From: Phycisphaerae bacterium
GTDB taxonomy: Bacteria; Planctomycetota; Phycisphaerae; WQYP01
Assembly: GCA_035545015.1 (NCBI GenBank)
Contig: DASZZD010000059.1
Location: 58,864-122,863 of the forward strand
DNA length: 64,000 nucleotides
Direction of reading: 5' to 3'
In this document: positions 49,995-59,817 of the stretch, piece by piece
Layout: the number at the start of each line of letters is the position of its first letter
How positions within the stretch are numbered: position 1 is the first letter of the stretch
Notes under the pieces: model-generated
The model's database searches: none
Told to the model about the DNA's origin: nothing
The model's input: only the letters and a program-made list of their open reading frames with translations
Translations under genes and position numbers: made by a program

Positions 49995-50870
49995 ATGCCC
50001 GAAACCTCCCAGCAAACCCAGGCCAAGGTCGATAAACGCAAGTCTCCTTCCGGCAAAATTCTCTACGGCGCCATCGTCGCCGAAGCCGAGGAAGAACTAG
50101 ACCGCCCCTCCTCAGGCCTCTTCTGGTCCGGCCTCGCCGCCGGACTCTCCATGGGCTTCTCCATCTTCACCATGGCCCTTATCCACTCCCACCTCCCCCA
50201 CGAAAAATGGGCCCCGCTCCTCGTCAGCTTCGGCTACTCCCTCGGTTTCCTCGTCGTCATCCTCGGCCGCCAGCAGCTCTTCACCGAAAACACCCTCACC
50301 CCCATCCTCCCCCTCCTCCGTCGCCCCTCCGTCTTCGTCTTCTTCAACGTCCTCCGCCTCTGGATCGTCGTCTTCGTCGCCAACATGATCGGTGCCTGCG
50401 CCATGGCCCTCGTCCTCGCCAAATGCCCCGTCCTCCCCGAAGAAGCCCGCAAAAGCCTCATCGAGCTCTCCATGCAGGGCATGCACAAACCCTTCGGCAC
50501 CATGGTCCTCCGCGCCATCTACGCCGGCTGGCTCATCGCTCTCATCGTCTGGCTCTTGCCCTTCGCCGAGGCCGCACGCATCTGGGTCATCATCATCATC
50601 ACCTACGTCGTCTCCCTCGCCGAGCTCCCCCACTCCGTCGCCGGTGCCGTCGAAGCCTTCATCACCTCCTGGCACGGCGATGCCTCCTGGCCCGATGCCC
50701 TCTTCGGCTACATCGCCCCCACCCTCATCGGCAACGCCATCGGCGGCGTCACCCTCGTCGCCGCCCTCAACCACGCCCAGGTCCTCGCCTCCGGCGAATC
50801 CCTCGACACCGCCCACCAACAATCCCAACAATCTCAACAATCCCAACCCAAAGACACCGGCCTCCCCTGA
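49995..50870 (+). CDS. Formate/nitrite transporter (FNT) family channel
   Basis: FNT signatures GRQQLFTENTL (ELFTGN-like), LPHSVAGAVE (FEHSIANM-like), IGNAIGGVTLV; 6 TM; ORF 49956 with probable start at MPETSQ. Confidence 0.8.
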   Translation: MPETSQQTQAKVDKRKSPSGKILYGAIVAEAEEELDRPSSGLFWSGLAAGLSMGFSIFTMALIHSHLPHEKWAPLLVSFGYSLGFLVVILGRQQLFTENTLTPILPLLRRPSVFVFFNVLRLWIVVFVANMIGACAMALVLAKCPVLPEEARKSLIELSMQGMHKPFGTMVLRAIYAGWLIALIVWLLPFAEAARIWVIIIITYVVSLAELPHSVAGAVEAFITSWHGDASWPDALFGYIAPTLIGNAIGGVTLVAALNHAQVLASGESLDTAHQQSQQSQQSQPKDTGLP

Positions 50871-50877
50871 CCCCCTC

Positions 50878-50983
50878 GAAGTAATTGAGTAATGAAGTTA
50901 ATTGAGTAACTGAGACCCGCGATCCCAACCCCCGCATCGCTAGTCCCAATTACTCAATTAACCCAATTAACTCAATTACTTCG
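50878..50983. repeat. Inverted pair of CAATTAC heptamer-repeat arms around a GC-rich spacer (large hairpin, MITE-like or bidirectional terminator) between convergent genes
   Basis: Left arm gaagtaattgagtaatgaagttaattgagtaactgag; right arm cccaattactcaattaacccaattaactcaattacttcg; the arms are approximate reverse complements. Confidence 0.6.
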
Positions 50984-51938
50984 TCCCCCTCCTCCTCCCC
51001 ACCATCACCACCGCCCCCATCACCAGCACCCCCACCGTCGCCGGCTCCGGCACCTCCGGCGCCGTCGCAAACACCGTCCCCGAATCCGCCGTATAACTCG
51101 CCAACGGATCATCCGAAAACACCACAAATTGCGCCGTGTTCCCCGCATCGATCACCGCCTGACCGTCCCCCAGATTCGCAAACGCATCCGCCTGCAACGT
51201 CGCATCCACGGAAATCGCCACGCCTCCGCCCCCCGGCACGAAAAACGTCACCGCCTCCGTCGGCGCTGTCGAATCGTTGATCACCGTCCCGTCCGCGTGC
51301 AGCGATTTCGTCACCCCCAACCCCAGCGTCGTCAGCGGCATGTTCGGAAGACCGTGAATCACCGCCGACGCCGATACCTCACCCGTGAAAAAACCCCCAA
51401 ATACCGCATCCCCCGTCGTAAAATTTCCCTCCGGCGTCACCGCCACCTCCAGCGACAACTCCAGCGTGAACTTCGACCCCACCGGATTGCTCGACGTGAA
51501 ACGCAAAACATCCCCCCACTTCACCGTGTCCGCCGCATGCGCGTTCGCCACCCCGTCCGCATCGATCGAATCCGCCCCCCCAGCATCCGAAAACGCCGAA
51601 ATCGTCGAATGCAACGCCCCGATCTCCGCCTCATCCTCCACATTTCCCCCCGCCGCCTGGGGCTCCAGCAACATCTTGTCCGGTATCCACGCCGTCCCCG
51701 ACGTGTTCGCAAACGTCGTCCCCGTGATCCTCGTCTTCGCCACCTCCCCGTCGCTCGAAAAATTGTGGCTATCCATCCCCTGATTCCCCATCTCCGTCCC
51801 ATCCACCACCACCCCAACCCCCGCCGACGCCGTCACCGCCCCGTTATCCTGCACATAAAAACCCTCTGCCCCCGTCCCCCCCGCCATCACCGCCGCCCCC
51901 GCCACAACCACCCACAAAAAACCGCGCTGCCGCCTCAT
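50976..51938 (-). CDS. PEP-CTERM sorting-domain secreted protein
   Basis: C-terminal VPEPATVGVLVMGAVVMVGRRRGTK (PEP + TM + Arg cluster); signal peptide MRRQRGFLWVVVAGAAVMAGG from Met 51938. Confidence 0.75.
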   Translation of the reverse strand: MRRQRGFLWVVVAGAAVMAGGTGAEGFYVQDNGAVTASAGVGVVVDGTEMGNQGMDSHNFSSDGEVAKTRITGTTFANTSGTAWIPDKMLLEPQAAGGNVEDEAEIGALHSTISAFSDAGGADSIDADGVANAHAADTVKWGDVLRFTSSNPVGSKFTLELSLEVAVTPEGNFTTGDAVFGGFFTGEVSASAVIHGLPNMPLTTLGLGVTKSLHADGTVINDSTAPTEAVTFFVPGGGGVAISVDATLQADAFANLGDGQAVIDAGNTAQFVVFSDDPLASYTADSGTVFATAPEVPEPATVGVLVMGAVVMVGRRRGTK

Positions 51939-52065
51939 ACCCAGCTCCTTCTTTCCGACCACACCTCAATCCACAAACCCACAACCCACCACCATACTCC
52001 CCGCCACCCCTCTTGTCATCCATATTTCTACGCCTTTCGATACAAAGCATGCCGCCCCAAAGGTG

Positions 52066-52090
52066 GCATCGGCGTCCCGCCGATGTTCAT
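52066..52090. repeat. Palindromic 22-25-mer tgNCATCGGCGtcccGCCGATGttc (copy A)
   Basis: Perfect 8-bp inverted repeat catcggcg/cgccgatg with a 4-nt spacer; identical copy at 54274-54299. Confidence 0.6.
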
Positions 52091-52108
52091 CCACCGACCA
52101 ACCGCAAC

Positions 52109-52150
52109 CCCCTCATATAGCCCCCGGCTTGCCGGGGATCACGCCCCGCC
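52109..52150. repeat. ~40-bp hairpin repeat atatagCCCCCGGCttgGCCGGGGatcacgccccgc (left copy)
   Basis: The reverse complement matches 61521-61560 (25/25 identical core atccccggcaagccgggggctatat, plus flanks with one small indel). Confidence 0.6.
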
Positions 52151-52221
52151 GCCAAACCTGTATACGCAGCATCGCCCGTGAGTATCTATGGGATAGTCCA
52201 ACGACGTTCACACCACCACCA

Positions 52222-52560
52222 TCACCCCCCACCGCCACAAAAATCCCCGCGGCTTTCCATGAAGCCCGACAGCCACCCCGCGACCGCCGGCCAAGCCCGC
52301 TTTGTTTTCCACAGGTCCTTCATTACCTCGACCTCAACATCGCGCTCCGCCAGCAGCCGCTTGAGCCGGACGTTCTCTTTCTCTAGCTCGCGCAGCCGCT
52401 CGACCTCCGGCTGCTCCATCCGCCGAACTTACGCCGCCACGCATGGACACTCGACTCCGACACGCCCTGCCCCCCGCGCCAGCTCCACCACCGTGACCTG
52501 CCCCGACTCGGCCTCCGGCAGCAGCGCCGCCATCTGCTCTTCGCTGAACCGCTTCTTCAT
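52222..52560 (-). pseudogene. IS3-family transposase OrfA remnant (frameshifted; no orfB)
   Basis: Minus-strand MKKRFSEEQMAALLPEAESGQVTVVELARGQGVSESSVHAWRRKFGG, then after a 1-nt deletion MEQPEVERLRELEKENVRLKRLLAERDVEVEVMKDL (HTH + leucine zipper of IS3 OrfA); no DDE transposase follows. Confidence 0.65.
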
Positions 52561-52851
52561 ACGACTTCCTGCCTTTCTTGGCTGGAAAGTCTATCCACCC
52601 GGTGGCGTCATTTTAGGGCGCACGGCAATGATCAGCGGCTGCTTGCTTCCTTGACCACCATGCAATTATCATGAACGTCTTCGCTGCAACGCTGACCACA
52701 CCGACGGTCGACCGTCTCACAACTCCACGGCGCTTCAGCGGGTGTGGCACGACTATCCGATTGAACCGGCGAAGTGAACAAAATTTCCGCTCTTTTGATT
52801 TCCCTTGAATCGGGTCCTTGGGAAAAGTTCTTTAACGTTGAGGACTCGCAG

Positions 52852-53973
52852 ATGGGTATATACGAATCGCGAATTCCGTCGCTGGCATTAGCCTCGCTCG
52901 TCATCCTTGGAATCAACTTGGCAGCGGGCGCCGATGAGCCGCCCAAGCCCGTCACATCTGTTGCCGGGGCGGCATGGGCGCAATATGAGGAGCTGAAACT
53001 TGCGCAGCAGAAGTATCCGACATTCGCTTTACCTACGGCGAAAGAGACAAGCAACGCGATGAATTTAGGCTGGCTTTCGGCGAACTACACCGCGCGCTTT
53101 GCCGCGGCGCGATTCATCTGGGAATCATTCCCGAACGATGCTCGGAAATGGGATGCGGCTTTCGAGGTGGTCTCCCTGGGTAGTTTCCTGGGAGACCGCG
53201 GCATCCTTTCGCCGGAAGAAAAGCAGTTGGCAGAAAGACTGCAAGCACTGCTGCTAAGCGATCCCACTGTGCCTGCGGATACAAGAGGCCGTGCCGCCGT
53301 CGTGGATTTCAGCCAGCGGTTGAAATCTGCAGCGAAAGACGGCACAGGACGCAACATGGCCCTCTTGGCAACCCAGCTCGACGAGTTGGGCCAGCAGTAT
53401 CCAAAGGCGGATGGGCTGGACATGCTCGCTTATGACGCTTATCGAGCGTTGCAGCACACCGATCCCGCCGCCGCCGAGGAGTGGGCCCGAAAAACTCAGG
53501 CTAATCCAAACCAGTCTTTGGCTGGCTACGCCAAGGGTATTGTCGCGAAAATCGACTCCGCTCGCCGCCCGATGGAAATGAAATTCACCGCGTTCGATGG
53601 CCGGGAAGTGGACCTGAGCAAACTGCGCGGCAAAGTGGTGTTGCTCGATTTCTGGGGCACGTGGTGCGGCCCGTGTGTCGAGGAACTTCCCTTCATCCGG
53701 AAGCTCCACGCCTCGTATGGTAGCCAGGGTTTGGAGATAATCGGCATTCTGGCGGATGGCGCATCCCGGGAAAAGCTCACCAGTTTTTTGGAGAAAAACG
53801 AAATCACTTGGCCGCAGGATTACGACGGGAAAGTCACTGACAATGAATTTGCGAAAAAATACGCCGTGAAGGAGTTTCCGACAATCATGCTCCTGAACAA
53901 GGAGGGCGTCGTCGTTTCCAACGCGCGAGGAGAAGCGCTTGAAAAACAAATCCGGGAACTCCTCGGATTGTGA
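52852..53973 (+). CDS. TlpA-like periplasmic thiol-disulfide oxidoreductase (thioredoxin fold) with N-terminal helical domain
   Basis: WGTWCGPCVEELP active site; signal peptide after Met 52852 (ORF from 52774); lower GC than neighbours. Confidence 0.8.
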   Translation: MGIYESRIPSLALASLVILGINLAAGADEPPKPVTSVAGAAWAQYEELKLAQQKYPTFALPTAKETSNAMNLGWLSANYTARFAAARFIWESFPNDARKWDAAFEVVSLGSFLGDRGILSPEEKQLAERLQALLLSDPTVPADTRGRAAVVDFSQRLKSAAKDGTGRNMALLATQLDELGQQYPKADGLDMLAYDAYRALQHTDPAAAEEWARKTQANPNQSLAGYAKGIVAKIDSARRPMEMKFTAFDGREVDLSKLRGKVVLLDFWGTWCGPCVEELPFIRKLHASYGSQGLEIIGILADGASREKLTSFLEKNEITWPQDYDGKVTDNEFAKKYAVKEFPTIMLLNKEGVVVSNARGEALEKQIRELLGL

Positions 53974-54273
53974 ACAGTTAAGCGAACACGACGGATCCAG
54001 AAAAGACTGCTATTTATAAATCGGGGCTAATAAGGGAGTCAGGAGTCATTTCAACGGGGGGGGGGGGAAACATGCGACGCCGCCAACTCCAAATATCGCG
54101 AAAAACCCGCAAGATATAAAAATGTAAACATCATGCCATGCGACACGCCCAGCGCTTCCTCGCACCCGCCCTCACCCCGCACCGCCTCACTCGCCACTCT
54201 ACCCCCGCCATCCCGCCCGCGTCCATAAAAATCGCCCTCATCCCTCTTCCCGGATGTGGCCATCTTTTTGTGA

Positions 54274-54299
54274 CATCGGCGTCCCGCCGATGTTCGGCC
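54274..54299. repeat. Palindromic 22-25-mer (copy B, direct orientation)
   Basis: gacatcggcgtcccgccgatgttc; flanks the IS3 remnant plus the TlpA-like gene together with copy A. Confidence 0.6.
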
Positions 54300-54473
54300 G
54301 AAGGCCGATGGCTGAGGGCGCGCGGATGCTTATTTTCGGACACCGGCCCTCTGCGGGCTGGACTCACCCCGCGGAGGGGGGGGTGGGCGTGTGGAGTTGG
54401 CGGTTGGTGGGGTGGTTTGCGGAGGCACAAGGGACCCACCCCGCGGTGGGGGTGGGCTTGGGTGCGTGGGGGG

Positions 54474-57400
54474 TTAGGGAGAGGTGAGGGCGGTGCGCAT
54501 GTTTTGGAGGGTGTCTTTGGGGGGGATGTGGGGGAGGTCGCGGTAGGGGTCGGTGGAGGGGTCGAAGGGACAGAGGGAGGAGAATTGGCAGTCGGTGCAG
54601 GGGGCTTGGCCGCGGGAGCGGTAGGGGGAGGGGGCGATTTTTCCGGAGACGAGTTCGGCGGCGAGGGAGGCGACTTTCCAGCGGGCGAAGTCGAGGAGGA
54701 GCTGGAAGTCCTGGTGGGGGAGCATGTCGGAGTTTTTGGGGATGCCGCCGTCTTTTTTGTAGCCGATGTTGAACCAGTTGCTTTTGTCGCCGGCGTCTTC
54801 GGAGGGGAGGATGGCGTGGTCGAGGAGGTGGGCGGCGGATTCATCGACGATGCCGCGGGGTTTTTGGAATTGCTGGTAGAAGGCGTCGGAGTTTTGGTCG
54901 GGGGCGTCTTCGGGGGCGGGGACGCTTTTCTGGCGGATGCCCAGGGGGATGTAGAGCGCGGCGCGGGGTTGTTTGTGGGCGAGGTCGCGCATGACGAGGC
55001 CGTAGACGGGGAGTTGGAGGGAGAGACCCCAGAAGACCATGGCGAGGTCGAGATCGCGTTTGGCGGCGCTTTTGTAGTCCATGACGGAGACGTCGGGGAC
55101 GGAGACGTTGGGAGCGGGAGCGTTGCCGTGCGCGGGAGTGGCGTCGACGCGGTCGATTTTTCCGGTGACGGCGACGGAGCGGCCGTTGTTCATGGGGATG
55201 CGGAGGACGGGGAGTCGTCGGAGGGTGCCGGGGGGCGGATTTGGGGGCGGGTCGGGGTCGCGGGTTTTGCCGAAGGTGACTTCGACGCCGATGGGCCGCA
55301 TGTCGCCCTGGCAGGCGCGGCGCCGGTCGGCTTCGAGGACGATGCCGAGGGAGCGTGTGGTGCGTTGGCGTTGTTTGTCGTAGCTGGGGAGTTTTTCCTG
55401 GAGCTCTGCGTGGAGTTCGCGGGCAGCGGCGTCGACTTCGTGTTCGAGGGCGCGGCGGAGGTCATGCTCGTGGCAATCGGGCCAGAGGAAGTCGCCGGCG
55501 ATGACGCGGGCGTAGAAGCGTTCGAGGATGCGGTGGTAGAGGGTGCCGAGGTTGAGGGCGTCGAGGGCGAGGAGCTGGCGGGGCTTGAGGCCGAGGGTGT
55601 AGTGCATGAAGTATTGGAGGGGGCAGGCGGCGAATTTTTCGAGCTGGCTGACGGACATGCGGAGTTCGTCGGCGGGGGGGTAGAAGCGCTGGGCGAGGGG
55701 GAGTGCGAGGCGGATTTCCTGGCGGTCGCGGACGCTGGGCCAGACGGCATTGCGGGCGGCGGCGACTTTGGGATCGGTGGTGGTGACGACCCAGTCGTAG
55801 AGCGGGATGAGGGGATCGGCGGGATTCACGGTGTTGCGGTCGATGGCGCGGCGGACCCAGGAGACGGTGGCGGCGAGGAGATCATCGACGGTGGAGAGGC
55901 GGTCGATGCTGGTGCGGGTGGCGGCGTCGAAGGAGCGTTTGACGGGGCGGAGGTGGTGGCGTTCGAGGGAGCGTTCGATGTGGGCGATGTAGCGGCTGCG
56001 GACGACGGCTTTGCCGGCGCGATCGGCGAGGGGGTAGCTGATGATGAGGGATTGAGAGGCGCGGGTGAGGGCGAGGTAATCGAAGAGGATTTCGTCGCTG
56101 AGAGTTTCGGGTTCGGGCTCGCCGTCGAGGAGGGCGCGCTGGGTGGCGGAGAGGAGTGCGTCTTCATCGAGGACGCGGGGGAAGGCACCTTCGAGAGCGC
56201 CCAGGAGGAGGACGAGTTTCATTTCGGGGACGCCGCCGCCCCAGGCGCGGGAGACGGTGCTGACGACGACCTGATCGACGGTGGCGGGGATGAGGCCGAG
56301 GGTGAGGCGTTCGAGAGCGGTGGCGAGGACTTCGGCGAAGCGCGGCCAGGAGATGGGGCGGTTGAGGAGGAGATTTTCGAGGGCGCCGGAAGGGCCGAGG
56401 ATTTCGGCGATACCGTTCCAGGCCTGCTGGTGGAGCATGGCGTCTTCGTTGCGTGCGGAGCGGCGGGCGGTGTCGACCCAGGCGGCGAGCTGGTCTTCGG
56501 CGTGGAGGGTGCGGAGGAGTTGCCAGAGCCAGCGGACTTTGGCGGCGCCATCGTCGGAGAGCACGGCGTCGGGGTCTGCATGTTGCGTCGGGGAAGGCGG
56601 GGCGAGGAGCTGGTGGGTGTGTTGGCGGAGGGTGTTGAGGCGGGCGAGGAGGGCGGGAGCTTCGGGGTCGTTGGGGTCGGCCCATTGCCAGGGGGCGGAC
56701 CAGTCGCCGCGGAGGAGACCGTGGGCGAGGACGTAGTTTTCGAGTTCGGCGACGGCGTCTTCGGATGCGCCGGCGAGGCCGGTTTTGAGGAAGAGGAGGA
56801 GGTCTTCGCCAGCGGGGGAGGCGGCGGCGGTGTGGACGCGGACGGCGACGGCGGCGCGGAGGAGTTCGACGAGGGGGTGGTGGCTGACGCTGCGGCGCTG
56901 GTCGATAAAGAAGGGGATGTCGTGCTGGGCGAAGATGCGGCGGACGGCGTCACCGTAGCCGGAGGGGCCGTCGAGGCGGGGGACGATGAGGGCGATGTTG
57001 CGGTAGCGGAGGGCGGCGGAGAGTGCGCGTTCGCGGATGGTTTGGGCGGCGGCGCGGACTTCGGTTTCGGGGTCGCTGGATTGCCAGAGTTCGACGGCGG
57101 GGGAATCGGCGGGCGGAGGGGTGAGGGTGGAGAAGAGGTCGGGGGTTTCGGTGCGGGGGGCGGTGCGCACGGGGGAGGGTTCGTCGAAAAGGGATTCGAC
57201 GGCGCGGAGTTCGGGGGCGGCGAGTCGCCATGGGTCGCGCATGGGGGCGATGCCTTCGATGGGGAGGGAGTGGCGGCGGAGTTCGTCGCGCAAGCGCCAG
57301 TACATGCGCGTGGTGCGGGCGAAGGGGGAGGCGTCGGCGGGCGGTTTGCGGGTGGGGTGGTGGGTTTGGGCGGCGAGGGAGGGATCGGCGAGGATGGTGA

Positions 57401-58205
57401 TGGTGGTGTGGAGGGCGCGTTTGGCGAGGGCGACGAGGAGGCGGATTTCGAGATAGGACATGGTGGTGAAGCCATCGACCCAGAGTTGGGGTTGCTCTTC
57501 GGGGGCGCCAATGATGGCGGCGAGGGCGGGGGCGTGGGGGTTGGGGTCGGGGCGTTCGAGATCGAGGGCGGCGCGGTGGAGGACTTTTTCGAAATCCCAG
57601 GCGTCGGCGCGTTCGATTTTGTCGGACCAACCTTCGAGGATGATGGCGAGGTCGAGGAGTTTGCGGATGGCGAGGTCGCCGCCGAGACGGTCGGGAGGTG
57701 ACTGCGCGATGAGGTCCCGGAGGCTGGCGCCGGTGTGGCCGGCCTGGCGGAGTTCGCGGAGGAGGGAGTCGAGTTTTTCGATGAAGCCGCGGCGATGGGC
57801 GACGGAACGGAAGGCGTGGAGTTGGGAGCGGTGTTCGCGGAGGACTTCGTCGAGGAGGACGGCGCGGGCGACGTCGTCGAGGATTTTTTTGCCGGCGGGG
57901 GCGGCGCCGTGGGTGTCAGCGAGCCAGCCGGCGTCGCGGGCGATGAGGGTGGCGAGGCGTCGGAAGCTGACGACTTTTGCGCGGAAGGAGCCGATGGGCC
58001 TTTCGTTGGCGCCGCCGCCAGTGAGGAGGAGGCGTTCGGCGGTGAAGGTGCCTTGTTCGGGGACGATCCACCAGAGGGGTCCGCCGCCTTGGCCCGGTGC
58101 GGTCCCGGCGCCGAGGGGATCGCGCTGGAGTTCCTGGCGGAGTTGCCGGGCGCAGAGCCAGGTTTTGCCGGTACCTGCGCGGCCGATGAGGAAGCGGATG
58201 CCCAC
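54474..58205 (-). CDS. AddB-like PD-(D/E)XK nuclease / helicase-nuclease subunit B family protein (no AddA partner in window)
   Basis: GTG start; N-terminal P-loop GRAGTGKTWL; C-terminal RecB-like nuclease with Cys cluster CTDCQFSSLCPF (AddB-type Fe-S). Confidence 0.8.
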   Translation of the reverse strand: MGIRFLIGRAGTGKTWLCARQLRQELQRDPLGAGTAPGQGGGPLWWIVPEQGTFTAERLLLTGGGANERPIGSFRAKVVSFRRLATLIARDAGWLADTHGAAPAGKKILDDVARAVLLDEVLREHRSQLHAFRSVAHRRGFIEKLDSLLRELRQAGHTGASLRDLIAQSPPDRLGGDLAIRKLLDLAIILEGWSDKIERADAWDFEKVLHRAALDLERPDPNPHAPALAAIIGAPEEQPQLWVDGFTTMSYLEIRLLVALAKRALHTTITILADPSLAAQTHHPTRKPPADASPFARTTRMYWRLRDELRRHSLPIEGIAPMRDPWRLAAPELRAVESLFDEPSPVRTAPRTETPDLFSTLTPPPADSPAVELWQSSDPETEVRAAAQTIRERALSAALRYRNIALIVPRLDGPSGYGDAVRRIFAQHDIPFFIDQRRSVSHHPLVELLRAAVAVRVHTAAASPAGEDLLLFLKTGLAGASEDAVAELENYVLAHGLLRGDWSAPWQWADPNDPEAPALLARLNTLRQHTHQLLAPPSPTQHADPDAVLSDDGAAKVRWLWQLLRTLHAEDQLAAWVDTARRSARNEDAMLHQQAWNGIAEILGPSGALENLLLNRPISWPRFAEVLATALERLTLGLIPATVDQVVVSTVSRAWGGGVPEMKLVLLLGALEGAFPRVLDEDALLSATQRALLDGEPEPETLSDEILFDYLALTRASQSLIISYPLADRAGKAVVRSRYIAHIERSLERHHLRPVKRSFDAATRTSIDRLSTVDDLLAATVSWVRRAIDRNTVNPADPLIPLYDWVVTTTDPKVAAARNAVWPSVRDRQEIRLALPLAQRFYPPADELRMSVSQLEKFAACPLQYFMHYTLGLKPRQLLALDALNLGTLYHRILERFYARVIAGDFLWPDCHEHDLRRALEHEVDAAARELHAELQEKLPSYDKQRQRTTRSLGIVLEADRRRACQGDMRPIGVEVTFGKTRDPDPPPNPPPGTLRRLPVLRIPMNNGRSVAVTGKIDRVDATPAHGNAPAPNVSVPDVSVMDYKSAAKRDLDLAMVFWGLSLQLPVYGLVMRDLAHKQPRAALYIPLGIRQKSVPAPEDAPDQNSDAFYQQFQKPRGIVDESAAHLLDHAILPSEDAGDKSNWFNIGYKKDGGIPKNSDMLPHQDFQLLLDFARWKVASLAAELVSGKIAPSPYRSRGQAPCTDCQFSSLCPFDPSTDPYRDLPHIPPKDTLQNMRTALTSP

Positions 58206-58251
58206 GAGCGTGCTCCGATGATGCTGATCCCTGCGCCCCCAATTTTGTGAA

Positions 58252-58467
58252 TTAAAGATCTTGCGGTCTCAACCCGGTGCTACGTGCGATGCGTGCCATC
58301 ATGTGCGGTCCGATCTCGACTCCATCGTGAAAGGCCCACACCTAATCTGGCCATCCATGTCGCGACAGAACCCGATGAGAGCCTCCCGCGCCCCGCTTGA
58401 TCGTCCACTCGATTCGGAATAGCGCGGCGAGTACGCGCTTGGCCTTGTGACTGCCCCACGCGCTCAA
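58252..58467 (-). pseudogene. hicA: hicA-like mRNA-interferase toxin gene, apparently inactivated (no ATG; in-frame TAG)
   Basis: Minus strand: (TTG)SAWGSHKAKRVLAALFRIEWTIKRGAGGSHRVLSRHGWPD-TAG-VWAFHDGVEIGPHMMARIARSTGLRPQDL; HicA/YcfA-like with an internal stop. Confidence 0.5.
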
Positions 58468-58673
58468 GCGGCCTCCACGAAATGCTGGGCGATGGATGGG
58501 ATTTTTTCTCCGTGCTCGATCCGGTCCGCCAGCACGCGCAGAGCCAGTGCCTGGGCTTTCATCGTCGCCTGCTTGCGCGTGCGGCCGTAGACGAGGACTC
58601 CTGGCAGATCTCGCACCTCGGCGATCCAGCGTTTATCTGTCTCTCGTTCAACTTCCACGGTAAAGTGCGTCAT
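58464..58673 (-). CDS. hicB: HicB-family antitoxin
   Basis: MTHFTVEVERETDKRWIAEVRDLPGVLVYGRTRKQATMKAQALALRVL (UPF0150/HicB N-domain); start at 58673 within ORF 58464..58700. Confidence 0.7.
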   Translation of the reverse strand: MTHFTVEVERETDKRWIAEVRDLPGVLVYGRTRKQATMKAQALALRVLADRIEHGEKIPSIAQHFVEAA

Positions 58674-58818
58674 CGTCAACCTCGTTGTTGCAAAAATCAC
58701 TTCGCGCTTCGAGTCAGGCGCGGCGAGCGACGTTCGGCGATTGTATCCCTTCGCTTCACTGGTTGCCTACCATCGTCATCGTTGTGCGGTCCTTTGCACC
58801 TGCTTGATGGGAGTTCTC

Positions 58819-59808
58819 ATGCAATACACGCGGCTTGGCAATACGGGGCTTCATGTTTCGCGGGTGTGTCTGGGGTGCATGTCGTATGGGGCGCCGGGGC
58901 GGGGGACGCATCCGTGGTCGTTGGATCTGGAGGCGTCGCGGCCGTTTATTCGAAGGGCGCTGGAACTTGGCATTACGTTTTTTGATACGGCGAATGTGTA
59001 CTCGGATGGGACGTCGGAGGAGTTTCTGGGGACGCTGGTGAAGGAGGTGGCGAGGACGTATCCGCGGGAGTCGCTGGTGATCGCGACGAAGGTGCATGGG
59101 CGGATGCGGCCGGATGCGAATGGGCGCGGGCTTTCGCGGAAGGCGATTTTGCAGGAGATCGATGCGTCCTTGCGGCGGTTGGGAATGGAGTATGTGGATC
59201 TGTATCAGATTCACCGGCTGGATGCGGAGACGCCGATCGAGGAGACGCTCGAGGCGCTGCATGATGTGGTGAAGGCGGGCAAGGCGCGGTATGTGGGGGC
59301 GTCGTCGATGTATGCGTGGCAGTTTGCCAAGGCGCTTTTTGCGGCGGATCGGTTGGGGCTGACGCGGTTTGTGTCGATGCAGAATCATTACAATCTGCTG
59401 TATCGGGAGGAGGAGCGGGAGATGAATCCGCTGTGCCGGGATCAGGGGGTGGGGATTATTCCGTGGAGTCCGCTGGCGCGCGGGCGGCTGACGCGGGCGT
59501 GGCAGACGCAGACAGAGCGGACGGCTTCGGATGTGTTTGGGGGGAAGTTGTATGGGCAGACGCAGGAGGCGGATCGGGCGGTGGTGGAGCGGCTGGGGGA
59601 GGTTGCGGAGCAGGTGCAGCGGCCGCGGGCGCAGGTGGCGCTGGCGTGGCTGTTGGCGCAGCCGGGGGTGACTGCGCCGATCATTGGGGCGACGAAGATG
59701 GGGCACCTGGAGGATGCGGCGGCGGCGGTGGATTTGCGGTTGTCAGCGGAGCAGGTGGCGGCGCTGGAGGAGCGGTATGTGCCGCATCCGGTGCTGGGGA
59801 TTTCCTAA
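58819..59808 (+). CDS. Aldo/keto reductase
   Basis: MQYTRLGNTGLHVSRVCLGCMSYG, FFDTANVYSDGTSEE, catalytic tetrad context, ~330 aa; start at Met 58819 within ORF 58741. Confidence 0.9.
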   Translation: MQYTRLGNTGLHVSRVCLGCMSYGAPGRGTHPWSLDLEASRPFIRRALELGITFFDTANVYSDGTSEEFLGTLVKEVARTYPRESLVIATKVHGRMRPDANGRGLSRKAILQEIDASLRRLGMEYVDLYQIHRLDAETPIEETLEALHDVVKAGKARYVGASSMYAWQFAKALFAADRLGLTRFVSMQNHYNLLYREEEREMNPLCRDQGVGIIPWSPLARGRLTRAWQTQTERTASDVFGGKLYGQTQEADRAVVERLGEVAEQVQRPRAQVALAWLLAQPGVTAPIIGATKMGHLEDAAAAVDLRLSAEQVAALEERYVPHPVLGIS

Positions 59809-59817
59809 AGTAGCCCA

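Noticed and set aside
54362-54470. G-rich near-repeats (caccccgcggNggggg..tgggc) in the addB-like 3' region
   Set aside because: Could be hairpins or G4-prone sequence, but too degenerate to call a defined element
54138-57701. 1187-aa Gly/Glu/Ala/Val-rich plus-strand ORF
   Set aside because: Antisense to the AddB-like gene
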